A stretch of DNA of 64,000 nt from a virus, in UHGV virus genome UHGV-0125682, one strand, 5' to 3'. Position 1 is the stretch's first letter. Each line of letters begins with the position of its first letter. Shown here piece by piece: positions 17,221 through 26,681 of this stretch. Both the position numbers and the translations under genes were made by a program. The notes beneath the pieces are model-generated. The model made no database searches. It was given only the letters and a program-made list of their open reading frames with translations, and had not been told where the DNA came from.

Positions 17221-17705
17221 CATGCCTCATTAGTTGAGGTTGCTGCGTCTCCGACTGGTAACAGAGCGGTATTGCGTGGTTCGCCAGCAGGCCAGCGATA
17301 GCCAGACACTCTTGATGTTGGGAATGCACGAATATTAACCGCATCCCCCTGGTTCCCACCCAGGACAAGCAGATCGCCATTGGCGCGGCGTCCGACAACG
17401 AAGCCTACGTGCCCACCGCCTACGCGGGTAAATACAACGATACATCCGTATGCCGGTGTATCTAATTTCTCGCCCCAATCCAGATAGGATTTTGCCGACT
17501 CAAATCTTGTTGAGCGGATGCCTACACGTTCCAGCATTGCACCGACAAATGCTGCGCACCACGGCGTTTCATCGTCTTTAATTCCGCCGCGCTTGATGTC
17601 GCGCCAGAACTGAACGATTTCAGGGTTGTGTTTAGCGCCTTTTATTTCAGTCAGGCCAATGTGCTTACGGGCTTCAATTAGCCAGCGAGGTTCAATGTTT
17701 GCCAT
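17220..17705 (-). CDS. Putative peptidoglycan hydrolase (CHAP / NlpC-P60-like)
   Basis: 161 aa; ...TPWCAAFV... and ...GGHVGFVVG... resemble Cys/His hydrolase motifs; not a T4-type lysozyme. Confidence 0.45.
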   Translation of the reverse strand: MANIEPRWLIEARKHIGLTEIKGAKHNPEIVQFWRDIKRGGIKDDETPWCAAFVGAMLERVGIRSTRFESAKSYLDWGEKLDTPAYGCIVVFTRVGGGHVGFVVGRRANGDLLVLGGNQGDAVNIRAFPTSRVSGYRWPAGEPRNTALLPVGDAATSTNEA

Positions 17706-17855
17706 ATTTTTCTCCCGGTCATGGGTTAATAAGTAGGCAAACTATGGGGAGTATGTGATTTTGACGGTAGTATCGTCCCCCTGAAAATAACATTCTCCAT
17801 ACCCTCTCAACCGTACCGCATAGCGGAATTTTTACGGTTTAGAGGGGGAAATCCT

Positions 17856-20800
17856 TTGGACAAATTACTTCATTCAATCAGTGAAGCCTCCAGCTTAGGC
17901 GAACTGATTGAAATTGTTAGTCGGTTGCATAAATTACGTGCTGTTGCGACCTTTGGCGTCAGGAAAGCCGATGGCGTCAGTATTCAGAAAACACGCCGTG
18001 CAGCAAACAATGCCGCAGTAAATCTTCTTAATTCCCTTCCGCCCGGCTTCGATGGGGCGAAATTAACTGACGAACAACGTCAGATTCTTGCTGGGTATAC
18101 CGGTGAAGGCGGCCTGACAGATGGTGAGGGCAGCCAATACGAATACTACACGCCACAGTTTATGGCTGAAGGTATATGGGATCTGTTTGCTGACTACGGT
18201 ATTGATGGCGGGCACGTACTGGAACCATCAGCGGGCACAGGTATTTTCCAGGAGACAAAACGGCAGGGCATGATAATGACCAGCGCCGAACTGTCTCCGA
18301 TTTCTGGTCGAATAAACCAGCTTTTGCACCCGGAAGACGATGTGAATATCGGGGCGTTTGAGGCGCTGGCGGCGAAAGATGCAATGTATGACCACGCTGT
18401 TGGTAACGTACCGTTTGGTGAAGGGCGTTCCGGCGTTGCCGGGCTTGATCCGGCATATGCAAACGAGAAGAACGTTGGCAATTACTTTGTGCTGCGCACG
18501 ATCGACAAGGTTAAGCCAGGTGGGCTTATCGTATTGGTGGTGCCGAATGGCATGACCGATGGTACGAAATATAAAAAATTGCGCGATAAAGTCAGCCGTA
18601 AAGCGGAATTTTTGGGCGCACATCGTATGCCTTCCGGTACGTTCAGCGAATCTGGAACAGATACCGTGGTGGACGTATGGGTATTGCGTAAACACCCGGA
18701 AACCTTCCTGGAGATGATCCCCGACACGGATGATGCAACGCTCAAATCGGCAAACGTCCTTTGGGATACCTTCCTCAAAGGGAAATGGTTTACAACCGAT
18801 GGGAAGCGATTTGTTTACGGCGACATGGAACGTACCAGCTTCCGCAATACCCTGGTGGTGAAAAAAGACGGTCGTGTATCCAATGAGTCGATGAAAACCG
18901 CGCTATCTCGTCGCTTTGATAGTCGCATCAATTGGGATTTGCTCGGCGTAACTACTCAGGCATGGCAGGGCGCGAAAGTGGGCGATAAACGCCTTGTAGG
19001 CGGTATCTGGCATGAGTTTGATGGTCTGAAATGGGTTAAGGACACGACAACCAAATCCTCCGCGCTTGATGTAAGTCGATATGGTGTTTCGACGTTTGGC
19101 GATCTGCAGATCGCGTTCCAGTCAACAAACGGGATTCTGGCTTTGTCATGGGACCAGATATCGGCGATCGCGTCCGACTATCCATCGGTTGTCAGTGATG
19201 AAGTGGCAGCAATGATTCGCTTTGCTGGCAAACAGCGAGAAAAAGACAGGGAGCGCGTTATGCGCGGTGCGTTGATAGGGCAGTTGATCAACAAGGCACT
19301 TGATTTGCGTAACCTGGGGGTGAACGTTGATGACAAACTGGCAGATGCATCCCGCCTGGCGGCAGCAGAAGTTGCGAAGTATGGACCACCGCACGCGATT
19401 AAGCTGAATGGGCTTGCTGAAGCTGGCGCTAAAAACTGGATGACGTTCACTGGCAATGTGAAACAGGATGGTTCCACTTCTGACCTTCTGGCAGGGCGAC
19501 TTGATGTAACGGATGGTGCTGCCGGTATTGACTTTACGCGTCCTGAACAAGTGATAGCACATCTTTTTAGTGATGTAGCCCTTAATCCTATAACGCTGGG
19601 CGACTTTCGTGAGGCGTTTGCTGGTGAACTGCCAGAGGACGACGACGCGGTCCTTGAATACCTGGCGAAATTTGATGATATCGCTATTGATGGGTATGGC
19701 TGTCTGCTGCCGATGGACCGCGCCACCAGCGGCGATGTTGCAACCAAAACAGCACTGCTGGTGGGCTGGCGTGATGCGTCAACAGGTGAGCAGAAAGCGA
19801 ACTTTGAGCGTCAGTTGGCGAAAATCGAAGAGAAACGCATTTTCACGCCACTAAATAAAGTCACCGTTAATCTGAATGCCCGCTGGCTGGATCGCCGCTT
19901 GATAAAAGAGTTCCTGGCAGAGCAGGGCTATGACGAGTTTAAGTACACTGAACCTGATCTGAAGGTCGTCGATGGCATTCTGGTATCTCCGGACGATTAC
20001 GAAGGTAAGGACGGGGTATTTACCGGCTATCAGCTACGAACCGTAAACGGCAAAAACGGGAATGAGTTCAAGAAGGCCAACAATAAAGACGGCTTCCTGA
20101 ACCAGTTAGAAAACTACCTGAACGGTGTTAAACCGCGTGGGCAGAACGCTAACGAGTACCTGGATAAAATTGCTCAACTGGAAGTTAGTTTTAACGACTG
20201 GTTACGCACTCACCCGCAGGCTGATCAGATAGCCCGCGAGTATAACGACGCATTCAATGGTTTCATTCCGTTCACGCATTCTGACGCACCGCTTGGCCTG
20301 GAAGGGCTTAGTGGAAAGCGCATTCCTCTTACTTATCAGAATGAAGAAGTTCGGCGCTTGTCAGAAGATGGGCGCGGCATCATGGGATTTGGTACCGGGC
20401 TGGGTAAAACCACGACCGCGCTTGCGCTTGAGGCGTATAACTTCGAAACAGGTCGCACTAAACGCACGTGTATTGTTGTTCCGAAGGCGGTTTATCAGAA
20501 CTGGTATCACGAGGCACAGAGTTTCTACAGTGCTGATGCCTTCGCCAATATGATGTTTATCGGTTTGGATGAAGTTCGTGATGACAGCGGAAATATTCTG
20601 ACCGCGCCGGTGCTTGATGAAAATGGCGAACCACGCCTCGACAGTAACGGGCAGCCTCTTACCAGAAATGTTGTGAAAGAGTCCGCCAGCGCCGTTATCG
20701 TTCAGCGTATGAACATGATCCCGTCGTCAAATTGGCGAACGGTCATCATGACAAAAGAACAATTCGCGTCTATCCCGCTACGAGAAAAAACCATCGAGGA

Positions 20801-23800
20801 GAACTCACAGCAAGCTGTCTTTAATGCTGTGGAAATGGGGCGTCTTGACCTGGCGTCCGGTAAACACCGTGATGCGCAGAAGAAGAACAAGATTAAGGAT
20901 CAGGCCGCGAATACCGGTACAACGAAGAAGCAGAATATCCCGTACTTTGAGGATATGAACTTCGATAGCGTGATTGCCGACGAGGGGCATAATTACCGCA
21001 ACTCCTTTAATGCCGGGCGTGAAGCGGGACAACTGGCATATTTGCCTAACCCGGCAGTATCCAAGATGGCCCGCGACATGGCTGTAAAAGCTGCGTACAT
21101 GATGAAACGCAACAACGGGCGTGGTGTAGTCATGCTGACGGCAACTCCGCTGGTGAACAGTCCGATTGATGCCTTCAACATGCTGTCTACTGTCATTCCG
21201 CAGGAAGAGTGGATGCGCATGGGTATTGTTACGCCGGATGATTTCGTTCGCGTGTTCGGCAAAACAGCCACAGTTCAGGTTCAGAAAATTTCCGGTGAGG
21301 TGGAAGAGAAGCAGGGGCTGGTGGGCTTCCAGAACCTTGATGGTCTGCGTGGTATTTTCCACCGTTGGACCACTCTGAAGACTGCCGCAGATGTCGGAGC
21401 GACGGTTAAAATTCCCGATATCATCGAGAACACCTTGCAGATCCCGATGACAGGGGAGCAGGAGGCTGCTTATGAAGAGCTTCGTAAGCGTGCTCAGGAG
21501 TTAAGTCGCAATGATGAGCTGACAGTCGATGAAAACGGGCATATCACTAACGACAAACCGGATGATTTCATCTTCTCCATCATCCGCGACATGGATAAGG
21601 TTGCTATAGATCCGGATCTGTATGCCAGTGCGATTACATTCCAGTTCCCCGTTGAGCTTGCAGACAAGGTAAAAGCTATTGCTGATGCCCTGCCAAAAGT
21701 CGCAGGCGGTAAAGTGGCAGATGATGCAGACGAGGCCGAAGAAGACGGCGCTGGTGGACTGGTCAGTACGCGTACCAGCAAGGTAGTGAAGACCACCTTT
21801 AGTGAACATCCGGCGCATGTTGAAATACGCGCCAGCATTGAACTGGAAGCTGAAATACTGAAGGCCATTGCTGCCGCCGGGATTGATCTGCAGCAGGTAT
21901 CACACCCCATCCCACCGAAGTATGCCGCGCTGATCGAAAACCTTCGTGAAGGTCTGAAGAACGGTAAACAAATTGTCTTCATTGATGAAAAAGCCCAGCA
22001 CCAGAAGCTGCGCCGTATTATCGCCAGTGCACTGCAAATGCCGGAGCAGGAGATAGGCATTATCAATGCGACGACCGTTAGCCAAGCTGGCGGCATCAAG
22101 CTGAAGAAGGTGAATAAACCGACTGAACCTACTCCGAATAAAAACGGTGAATACAAAGAAGGGGCATGGGAAACCTACTACAGCAAACTTGCCCAATATG
22201 AGGATTATCTCTCAGCTAAAAATGATGCTGGCCTTGAGGGCATGGAAGGTATTGCCGCCGACTATAACGAAGGTCGCACGCGCATCATAATCTGTAACAA
22301 GAAGGCTGAAGTAGGTATTAACCTGCACATCGGGACAACCGATATCCACCACCTGACACTACCCTGGACACCAGCCAGTATCGACCAACGAAATGGGCGC
22401 GGTGCGCGCGTAGGGTCACCGCAAGAGAAGGTCAATGTTCACTACTATTGTGGCAAAGGCACATTCGATGACTTCCGTCTGGATACGCTTAAACGTAAGA
22501 AAGACTGGATCAAGATGGTGATGACCTCCGACATGTCAGAGATCGCCAATGGTGATGCGGATGATGCTGATGAACGCGCCATTATGCTGGCGGCAAACCC
22601 GGAAGAACGCCGCGCAATCATGGCTCGCCAGGCGCAAGAGCGTGAAGAACGTCTGAAACTGAAAGCACAGCGCGAGGCCAACAATGCTCTCGATATCTAC
22701 CTGAAAGCGGCAAACGCCGCCGGAAAAGATATCGGCATGATGGAGACAGAACTGAAAAGCGCGATGGAACAGATAGAGTATTACCAGCGAAATCTTGACG
22801 ACCTGATAAAAGCGGGTACGAACAGGAATGGGCAAAAATACGCGCTTGAGCAGTTGAGTAGCTACAGAAAACGTGCGCGGGTGCTGCGGTTTGCGATCAC
22901 CAGGGCAAAAGACGCGGATACCATAATGAAACGCTCTCGTGGTGATGTGGAGCGCGCTATTAAGTCTGGTGTGCTGGATATCAGTATCGATGTTATTCAG
23001 AACCCACAGGAATATATGCGCACTGACAAGAATATCCTGTTGCATAAAGGTAGTTATTACCGTGCAGTCATTGATGATCGCGAAACAACAGCGATTGTCC
23101 GGGTGGAAAAAATTGACGGTGAAAAAGCACAATACCTCTGCCGTATCGCCTGGCTGGATAGAGCAAGTCGTTACGCTCGAGCACCGGGGTCAATCGTTAC
23201 ATTGCCGTTTGACTCTGTGATTGAAGCGGTAACTTTTGAAGAGGGGGTAGCTGAATCGCGCGCAACGGCTGCGCGAGGTGTTCAGTGCCACCAGCTATCA
23301 ACAATACTTACTCGCGATCAGTTCTATGATGCTATTCGCAATGGGGTAATGAATGTTATTGCTGGTAAACCTGGTAATGCATGGGGCGGTGGGTCAGCTA
23401 TTAAATACTGGGCATATCGCACAGATGATGGTCAGATCGCGCTGTCATCGGCCTATGATGGCGTGATAGGCCAAAAAATCGGGCGAGCATCGGATATAGC
23501 ACCTGAGCGATGGATATATCCTGATGGCAACGACGAGGCGCTGAAGCGTGAAGTGGCAAAAATACAAGCCAGTGATAACCCGCTGAATATCGTGGACGGC
23601 GAGGGATTCCTCCAGGCATTGTATGGGTATGATTACACCCAGGGAATGCAGGCATGGGGCGCACAGGCAACGATGGATGATGTTGCCCATGAGTTCGAAA
23701 ACTGGATGGCTGGGCGTGGTCTGTCAGGTCGTTCGCTTAATAAAGTCACTTCTGAAGATATTCTTAGCTTGTTCCGCAAACCGTCCGGAGAAGGTCTGGA

Positions 23801-24692
23801 ATCATTCTGGAGGACCGTGCTGGCATACCGTTTATTCCAGGGCAGGATGAAAGCCTTTAGCAATATCGATGATATTGAACGGATGTTTAATCAGGTCAAG
23901 ATCGCGAAAATTAAGGCGAAGATCGAAAAAACACGTTCTGCGCTGGTGGCCTGGCGCGATGCATTGTTTGAGCAATATAAATCACTCAGTGATGCAGATG
24001 GATGGGCGGCATTGGAACAGCTGGCGAATAATGGGGTAGATGGAGCGAAACTCGCCATTGTTCAGGCTGATAACCCCCTGGAATCACCGGCAGCACAGTG
24101 GATTAAGGTGGGGGCTGTCATCAATGCATTTGATGAAAAACACATTAGTAAGGACGATTTTGCTGATGCTGTTTCTGTTAATCGCCTGGTAGAAATGGCT
24201 ACCCGCCGCGCCCGTGAGTTGAAAGACGGCGACTATGTGAATGAGTTGCCGGATACGCTCAAATCGGCAACGTGGCAGGACTATGTATCGCTGAAAAACG
24301 GCGGGGCCACTGAATCAGAGATCGCGGAAAGGCTTGAGCAGGCTGAAAGCAAAAGAGAAGAGCAGGCGGCAGTGGCTGAAGCCAGAGCTGATGAAGCGGC
24401 GAATGATGACTATATCATTGTGGTTAATGATAAGCCGATTCGCGCTAAGGCGCGTGTTCGCGGGCGCTGGTGGAGCGTCAGCGAGGACGTTGGCGCGGTT
24501 TATCTCATTGCCGACCAACCAGGTTCCTCGACAATACGGAACGCCAAAGACGCGATTAAGAAGATTGGCGGACGTTTCTGGAATTTTGAAGCAAACCCGG
24601 TTGCTGATGTGAACTTTGACCGTCCTGCATGGATGGTATCTACGCGTTACTCGGTAGATGAACTGCGTAAAATAATCGCCGATGCGGCCTAA
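17856..24692 (+). CDS. darB: Giant N6-adenine methyltransferase-helicase fusion (DarB-like anti-restriction protein)
   Basis: 2278 aa; TTG start with RBS; MTase motif I LEPSAGTGIF and motif IV NVPF; Walker A GTGLGKTT; motif II DEGHNYRN; size matches P1 DarB. Confidence 0.8.
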   Translation: MDKLLHSISEASSLGELIEIVSRLHKLRAVATFGVRKADGVSIQKTRRAANNAAVNLLNSLPPGFDGAKLTDEQRQILAGYTGEGGLTDGEGSQYEYYTPQFMAEGIWDLFADYGIDGGHVLEPSAGTGIFQETKRQGMIMTSAELSPISGRINQLLHPEDDVNIGAFEALAAKDAMYDHAVGNVPFGEGRSGVAGLDPAYANEKNVGNYFVLRTIDKVKPGGLIVLVVPNGMTDGTKYKKLRDKVSRKAEFLGAHRMPSGTFSESGTDTVVDVWVLRKHPETFLEMIPDTDDATLKSANVLWDTFLKGKWFTTDGKRFVYGDMERTSFRNTLVVKKDGRVSNESMKTALSRRFDSRINWDLLGVTTQAWQGAKVGDKRLVGGIWHEFDGLKWVKDTTTKSSALDVSRYGVSTFGDLQIAFQSTNGILALSWDQISAIASDYPSVVSDEVAAMIRFAGKQREKDRERVMRGALIGQLINKALDLRNLGVNVDDKLADASRLAAAEVAKYGPPHAIKLNGLAEAGAKNWMTFTGNVKQDGSTSDLLAGRLDVTDGAAGIDFTRPEQVIAHLFSDVALNPITLGDFREAFAGELPEDDDAVLEYLAKFDDIAIDGYGCLLPMDRATSGDVATKTALLVGWRDASTGEQKANFERQLAKIEEKRIFTPLNKVTVNLNARWLDRRLIKEFLAEQGYDEFKYTEPDLKVVDGILVSPDDYEGKDGVFTGYQLRTVNGKNGNEFKKANNKDGFLNQLENYLNGVKPRGQNANEYLDKIAQLEVSFNDWLRTHPQADQIAREYNDAFNGFIPFTHSDAPLGLEGLSGKRIPLTYQNEEVRRLSEDGRGIMGFGTGLGKTTTALALEAYNFETGRTKRTCIVVPKAVYQNWYHEAQSFYSADAFANMMFIGLDEVRDDSGNILTAPVLDENGEPRLDSNGQPLTRNVVKESASAVIVQRMNMIPSSNWRTVIMTKEQFASIPLREKTIEENSQQAVFNAVEMGRLDLASGKHRDAQKKNKIKDQAANTGTTKKQNIPYFEDMNFDSVIADEGHNYRNSFNAGREAGQLAYLPNPAVSKMARDMAVKAAYMMKRNNGRGVVMLTATPLVNSPIDAFNMLSTVIPQEEWMRMGIVTPDDFVRVFGKTATVQVQKISGEVEEKQGLVGFQNLDGLRGIFHRWTTLKTAADVGATVKIPDIIENTLQIPMTGEQEAAYEELRKRAQELSRNDELTVDENGHITNDKPDDFIFSIIRDMDKVAIDPDLYASAITFQFPVELADKVKAIADALPKVAGGKVADDADEAEEDGAGGLVSTRTSKVVKTTFSEHPAHVEIRASIELEAEILKAIAAAGIDLQQVSHPIPPKYAALIENLREGLKNGKQIVFIDEKAQHQKLRRIIASALQMPEQEIGIINATTVSQAGGIKLKKVNKPTEPTPNKNGEYKEGAWETYYSKLAQYEDYLSAKNDAGLEGMEGIAADYNEGRTRIIICNKKAEVGINLHIGTTDIHHLTLPWTPASIDQRNGRGARVGSPQEKVNVHYYCGKGTFDDFRLDTLKRKKDWIKMVMTSDMSEIANGDADDADERAIMLAANPEERRAIMARQAQEREERLKLKAQREANNALDIYLKAANAAGKDIGMMETELKSAMEQIEYYQRNLDDLIKAGTNRNGQKYALEQLSSYRKRARVLRFAITRAKDADTIMKRSRGDVERAIKSGVLDISIDVIQNPQEYMRTDKNILLHKGSYYRAVIDDRETTAIVRVEKIDGEKAQYLCRIAWLDRASRYARAPGSIVTLPFDSVIEAVTFEEGVAESRATAARGVQCHQLSTILTRDQFYDAIRNGVMNVIAGKPGNAWGGGSAIKYWAYRTDDGQIALSSAYDGVIGQKIGRASDIAPERWIYPDGNDEALKREVAKIQASDNPLNIVDGEGFLQALYGYDYTQGMQAWGAQATMDDVAHEFENWMAGRGLSGRSLNKVTSEDILSLFRKPSGEGLESFWRTVLAYRLFQGRMKAFSNIDDIERMFNQVKIAKIKAKIEKTRSALVAWRDALFEQYKSLSDADGWAALEQLANNGVDGAKLAIVQADNPLESPAAQWIKVGAVINAFDEKHISKDDFADAVSVNRLVEMATRRARELKDGDYVNELPDTLKSATWQDYVSLKNGGATESEIAERLEQAESKREEQAAVAEARADEAANDDYIIVVNDKPIRAKARVRGRWWSVSEDVGAVYLIADQPGSSTIRNAKDAIKKIGGRFWNFEANPVADVNFDRPAWMVSTRYSVDELRKIIADAA

Positions 24693-24728
24693 CAGATAAG
24701 GAGCGGCCCCAACTGGGGCCGAATTTGA

Positions 24729-25163
24729 ATGACGACATTAATTGACACTGTAAAACCGACGGAATCCTACCTTGAGGACATTTTGCCGCAGGCGCTCAAT
24801 GGCAGGAGTGAAGAGGCGTTTCTGGATGCATATCTGAATGGCATGGTGGAAAGGCTGAAACGAGATCCACAGCTTTATCACCTTTATGGGCCGTGGTGGC
24901 CTGCGCTTAAAACGTTATTGCTGGAGCGCGGCGACATATCATTTGGACAAGTTGTAGATAGTGATGTGGCAGAGATCTACAAAATGAGTCGCCCGGCGCT
25001 TACGGTTTTGGCTGGGCATCTGTATTCGAGCGATCGCCTGGAAAATGACGCGGTATACAATCCTGTTCATGCTCTGGAAGTCGCACCTTATGCCGATGAT
25101 ACAGAGCCATACGTGTACACAAGTTACGACGAGTCTATAGAGAAATATCGAATTATGGGGTAG
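24729..25163 (+). CDS. Hypothetical protein
   Basis: 144 aa ORF directly downstream of darB. Confidence 0.5.
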   Translation: MTTLIDTVKPTESYLEDILPQALNGRSEEAFLDAYLNGMVERLKRDPQLYHLYGPWWPALKTLLLERGDISFGQVVDSDVAEIYKMSRPALTVLAGHLYSSDRLENDAVYNPVHALEVAPYADDTEPYVYTSYDESIEKYRIMG

Positions 25164-25165
25164 CC

Positions 25166-25426
25166 ATGCGAAAGAATCGTAGGTTTACGGTCGAAGACCT
25201 AAAGGAATATTCCATATCGAAGGGGTATATCCTTGAGTTCCACCGATACAAGAAGGTTTTTACGCTGCGAAAAGCAGAAAACCCTGCGAACTGGAGCTGG
25301 ATATACTTTCCTCACACCGATGATAAGTTGGTAGAACTTGTTGATGATTTAACCTATGAAGGTTGGTTGATCGCAATCGACAAGACAATCAAAGAATTAT
25401 CCGAACAGGATAAAATAACCCTTTAA
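25166..25426 (+). CDS. Hypothetical protein
   Basis: 86 aa ORF. Confidence 0.45.
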   Translation: MRKNRRFTVEDLKEYSISKGYILEFHRYKKVFTLRKAENPANWSWIYFPHTDDKLVELVDDLTYEGWLIAIDKTIKELSEQDKITL

Positions 25427-25562
25427 AAATAACAGGTTGGGTAAATGCCATGCGATTTACCCTCCTTGTTGATTAAGGTCACTCTTTACTCTAAAAGCAA
25501 ATCCGACCTGTTGCATATAGACCATCCTTGAGTAGTATCTCTCTTGTTTTACAAATCTAACG

Positions 25563-26057
25563 TTGTTGTTATTATTTCGCATATTTACTATCAATGGGTG
25601 TGTTAGAAAAATAGCGCGAAAGAGAAGGCGTCGCAGTGAATATTCTGAAACATCCCCACATGCCGCAGCTCTTAGAGAACTGGAGAAAAACCCAGATCTA
25701 ATCAAAAGGAACCATGAGCATTACGAGCAGGTTCGCGTCCTGGACTGGATGTATCGCAATATGCGTTATGTGTATGAGCATACTCACGCCACTCCAAACG
25801 GTGGCCTGCGAGGCATAAGGACGGCAATAAAAATGGTGGCAGAGGGCCAAAAGAAGGGATATCCCGATCTTTCTATAGACCTTGCTTGTGGGGGATACCA
25901 CGGAATGCGCATTGAGATGAAACATGGGAGAAATCGCCTGACTCCCGAACAACTCGTCTGGATGACTCGCCTCACAGAAGCCGGTTACTACTGCTTTGAG
26001 GCGCGCAGTGCCGCTGAAGCCATAAAAGCTATCACGGAGTATGTTTGTCTTGATTAA
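25563..26057 (+). CDS. VRR-NUC domain nuclease-like protein (start uncertain)
   Basis: ...PNGGLRGIRTAIKMVAEGQKKGYPDLSIDL...IEMKHGRNRLTPEQ...; no in-frame ATG before the domain, TTG at 25563. Confidence 0.5.
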   Translation: MLLLFRIFTINGCVRKIARKRRRRSEYSETSPHAAALRELEKNPDLIKRNHEHYEQVRVLDWMYRNMRYVYEHTHATPNGGLRGIRTAIKMVAEGQKKGYPDLSIDLACGGYHGMRIEMKHGRNRLTPEQLVWMTRLTEAGYYCFEARSAAEAIKAITEYVCLD

Positions 26058-26071
26058 ACGGAGAAATCGTT

Positions 26072-26272
26072 TTGCGGTTACTTAACGTGGCAGAACTTAT
26101 CCCTGCAGGAACTAATGCTATCGCTCGTCGTCGCTCATGGCAGCAGGCTCTATGTATTGAGATCTCGAAACGTATCAATGGAAGTTTTGAAGCTCGCAAT
26201 ATTGTTACTGGCGATAAGGTTCACATAACCCCGGAAAGTGCAAGCGCTGATGATTGGGAGTTTGTACATTGA
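26072..26272 (+). CDS. Small DUF2829-like protein
   Basis: 66 aa, TTG start with RBS GGAGAAA; motifs ARRRSW and C-terminal ADDWEFV shared with C-terminus of 31646-32221. Confidence 0.4.
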   Translation: MRLLNVAELIPAGTNAIARRRSWQQALCIEISKRINGSFEARNIVTGDKVHITPESASADDWEFVH

Positions 26273-26568
26273 GCAAAAAATATTATGTGAGTCTGGCGTT
26301 CGCTGACGATGCGGGGAGGACGCGGAGTATCACGTTGAGCACACCGGTTAAGGCTGTGACAGCGCCGTTAATCCGTGAAGCTCTCAGAGAGCTGGAATTG
26401 GGTGAAAACTCGGCACTGTTGTCGGTTAGTTGGTTAGGGAAAATGTCAGAGAAACAATACGTGGATGGAGTTACCCCAATAACAGTAATGAGGCTACTTT
26501 CATTGCTGCAATGGGCCATCGTACCTGTATTTATCGCGTATCTTATTTATCAGGCTGCAACACAGTAA
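26269..26568 (+). CDS. Hypothetical protein with C-terminal TM helix
   Basis: ~99 aa; non-ATG start; followed by strong terminator. Confidence 0.4.
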   Translation: MSKKYYVSLAFADDAGRTRSITLSTPVKAVTAPLIREALRELELGENSALLSVSWLGKMSEKQYVDGVTPITVMRLLSLLQWAIVPVFIAYLIYQAATQ

Positions 26569-26580
26569 TTGCATAAAAAC

Positions 26581-26604
26581 CCGCCAATTAGCGGGTTTTT
26601 TGTT
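26581..26604 (+). terminator. Rho-independent terminator
   Basis: ACCCGC-CAATTA-GCGGGT followed by TTTTTTG. Confidence 0.8.
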
Positions 26605-26643
26605 TATTGCATCTTCCGATACCGTCATCAAACTAATAAAATA

Positions 26644-26660
26644 TGTTAGAAAACTAATTT
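26644..26660 (+). promoter_or_regulatory. Operator-like motif (TGTTAGAAAACTAATTT)
   Basis: Recurring motif upstream of 26682 gene. Confidence 0.45.
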
Positions 26661-26681
26661 AACAAAGTAACGGGAACAGCA

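Noticed and set aside
17220-17705. Identification as the P1-type T4-like SAR endolysin
   Set aside because: No T4-lysozyme-like motifs or N-terminal SAR domain; motifs look CHAP/NlpC-P60-like instead.
18160-23863. Many ORF-track entries antisense to or in alternative frames of the DarB-like gene (e.g. 18228-18695, 19178-19747, 20805-21362, 21494-22156, 22536-23132)
   Set aside because: They lie entirely inside a 2278-aa ORF with clear enzymatic motifs and have no RBS or independent support.
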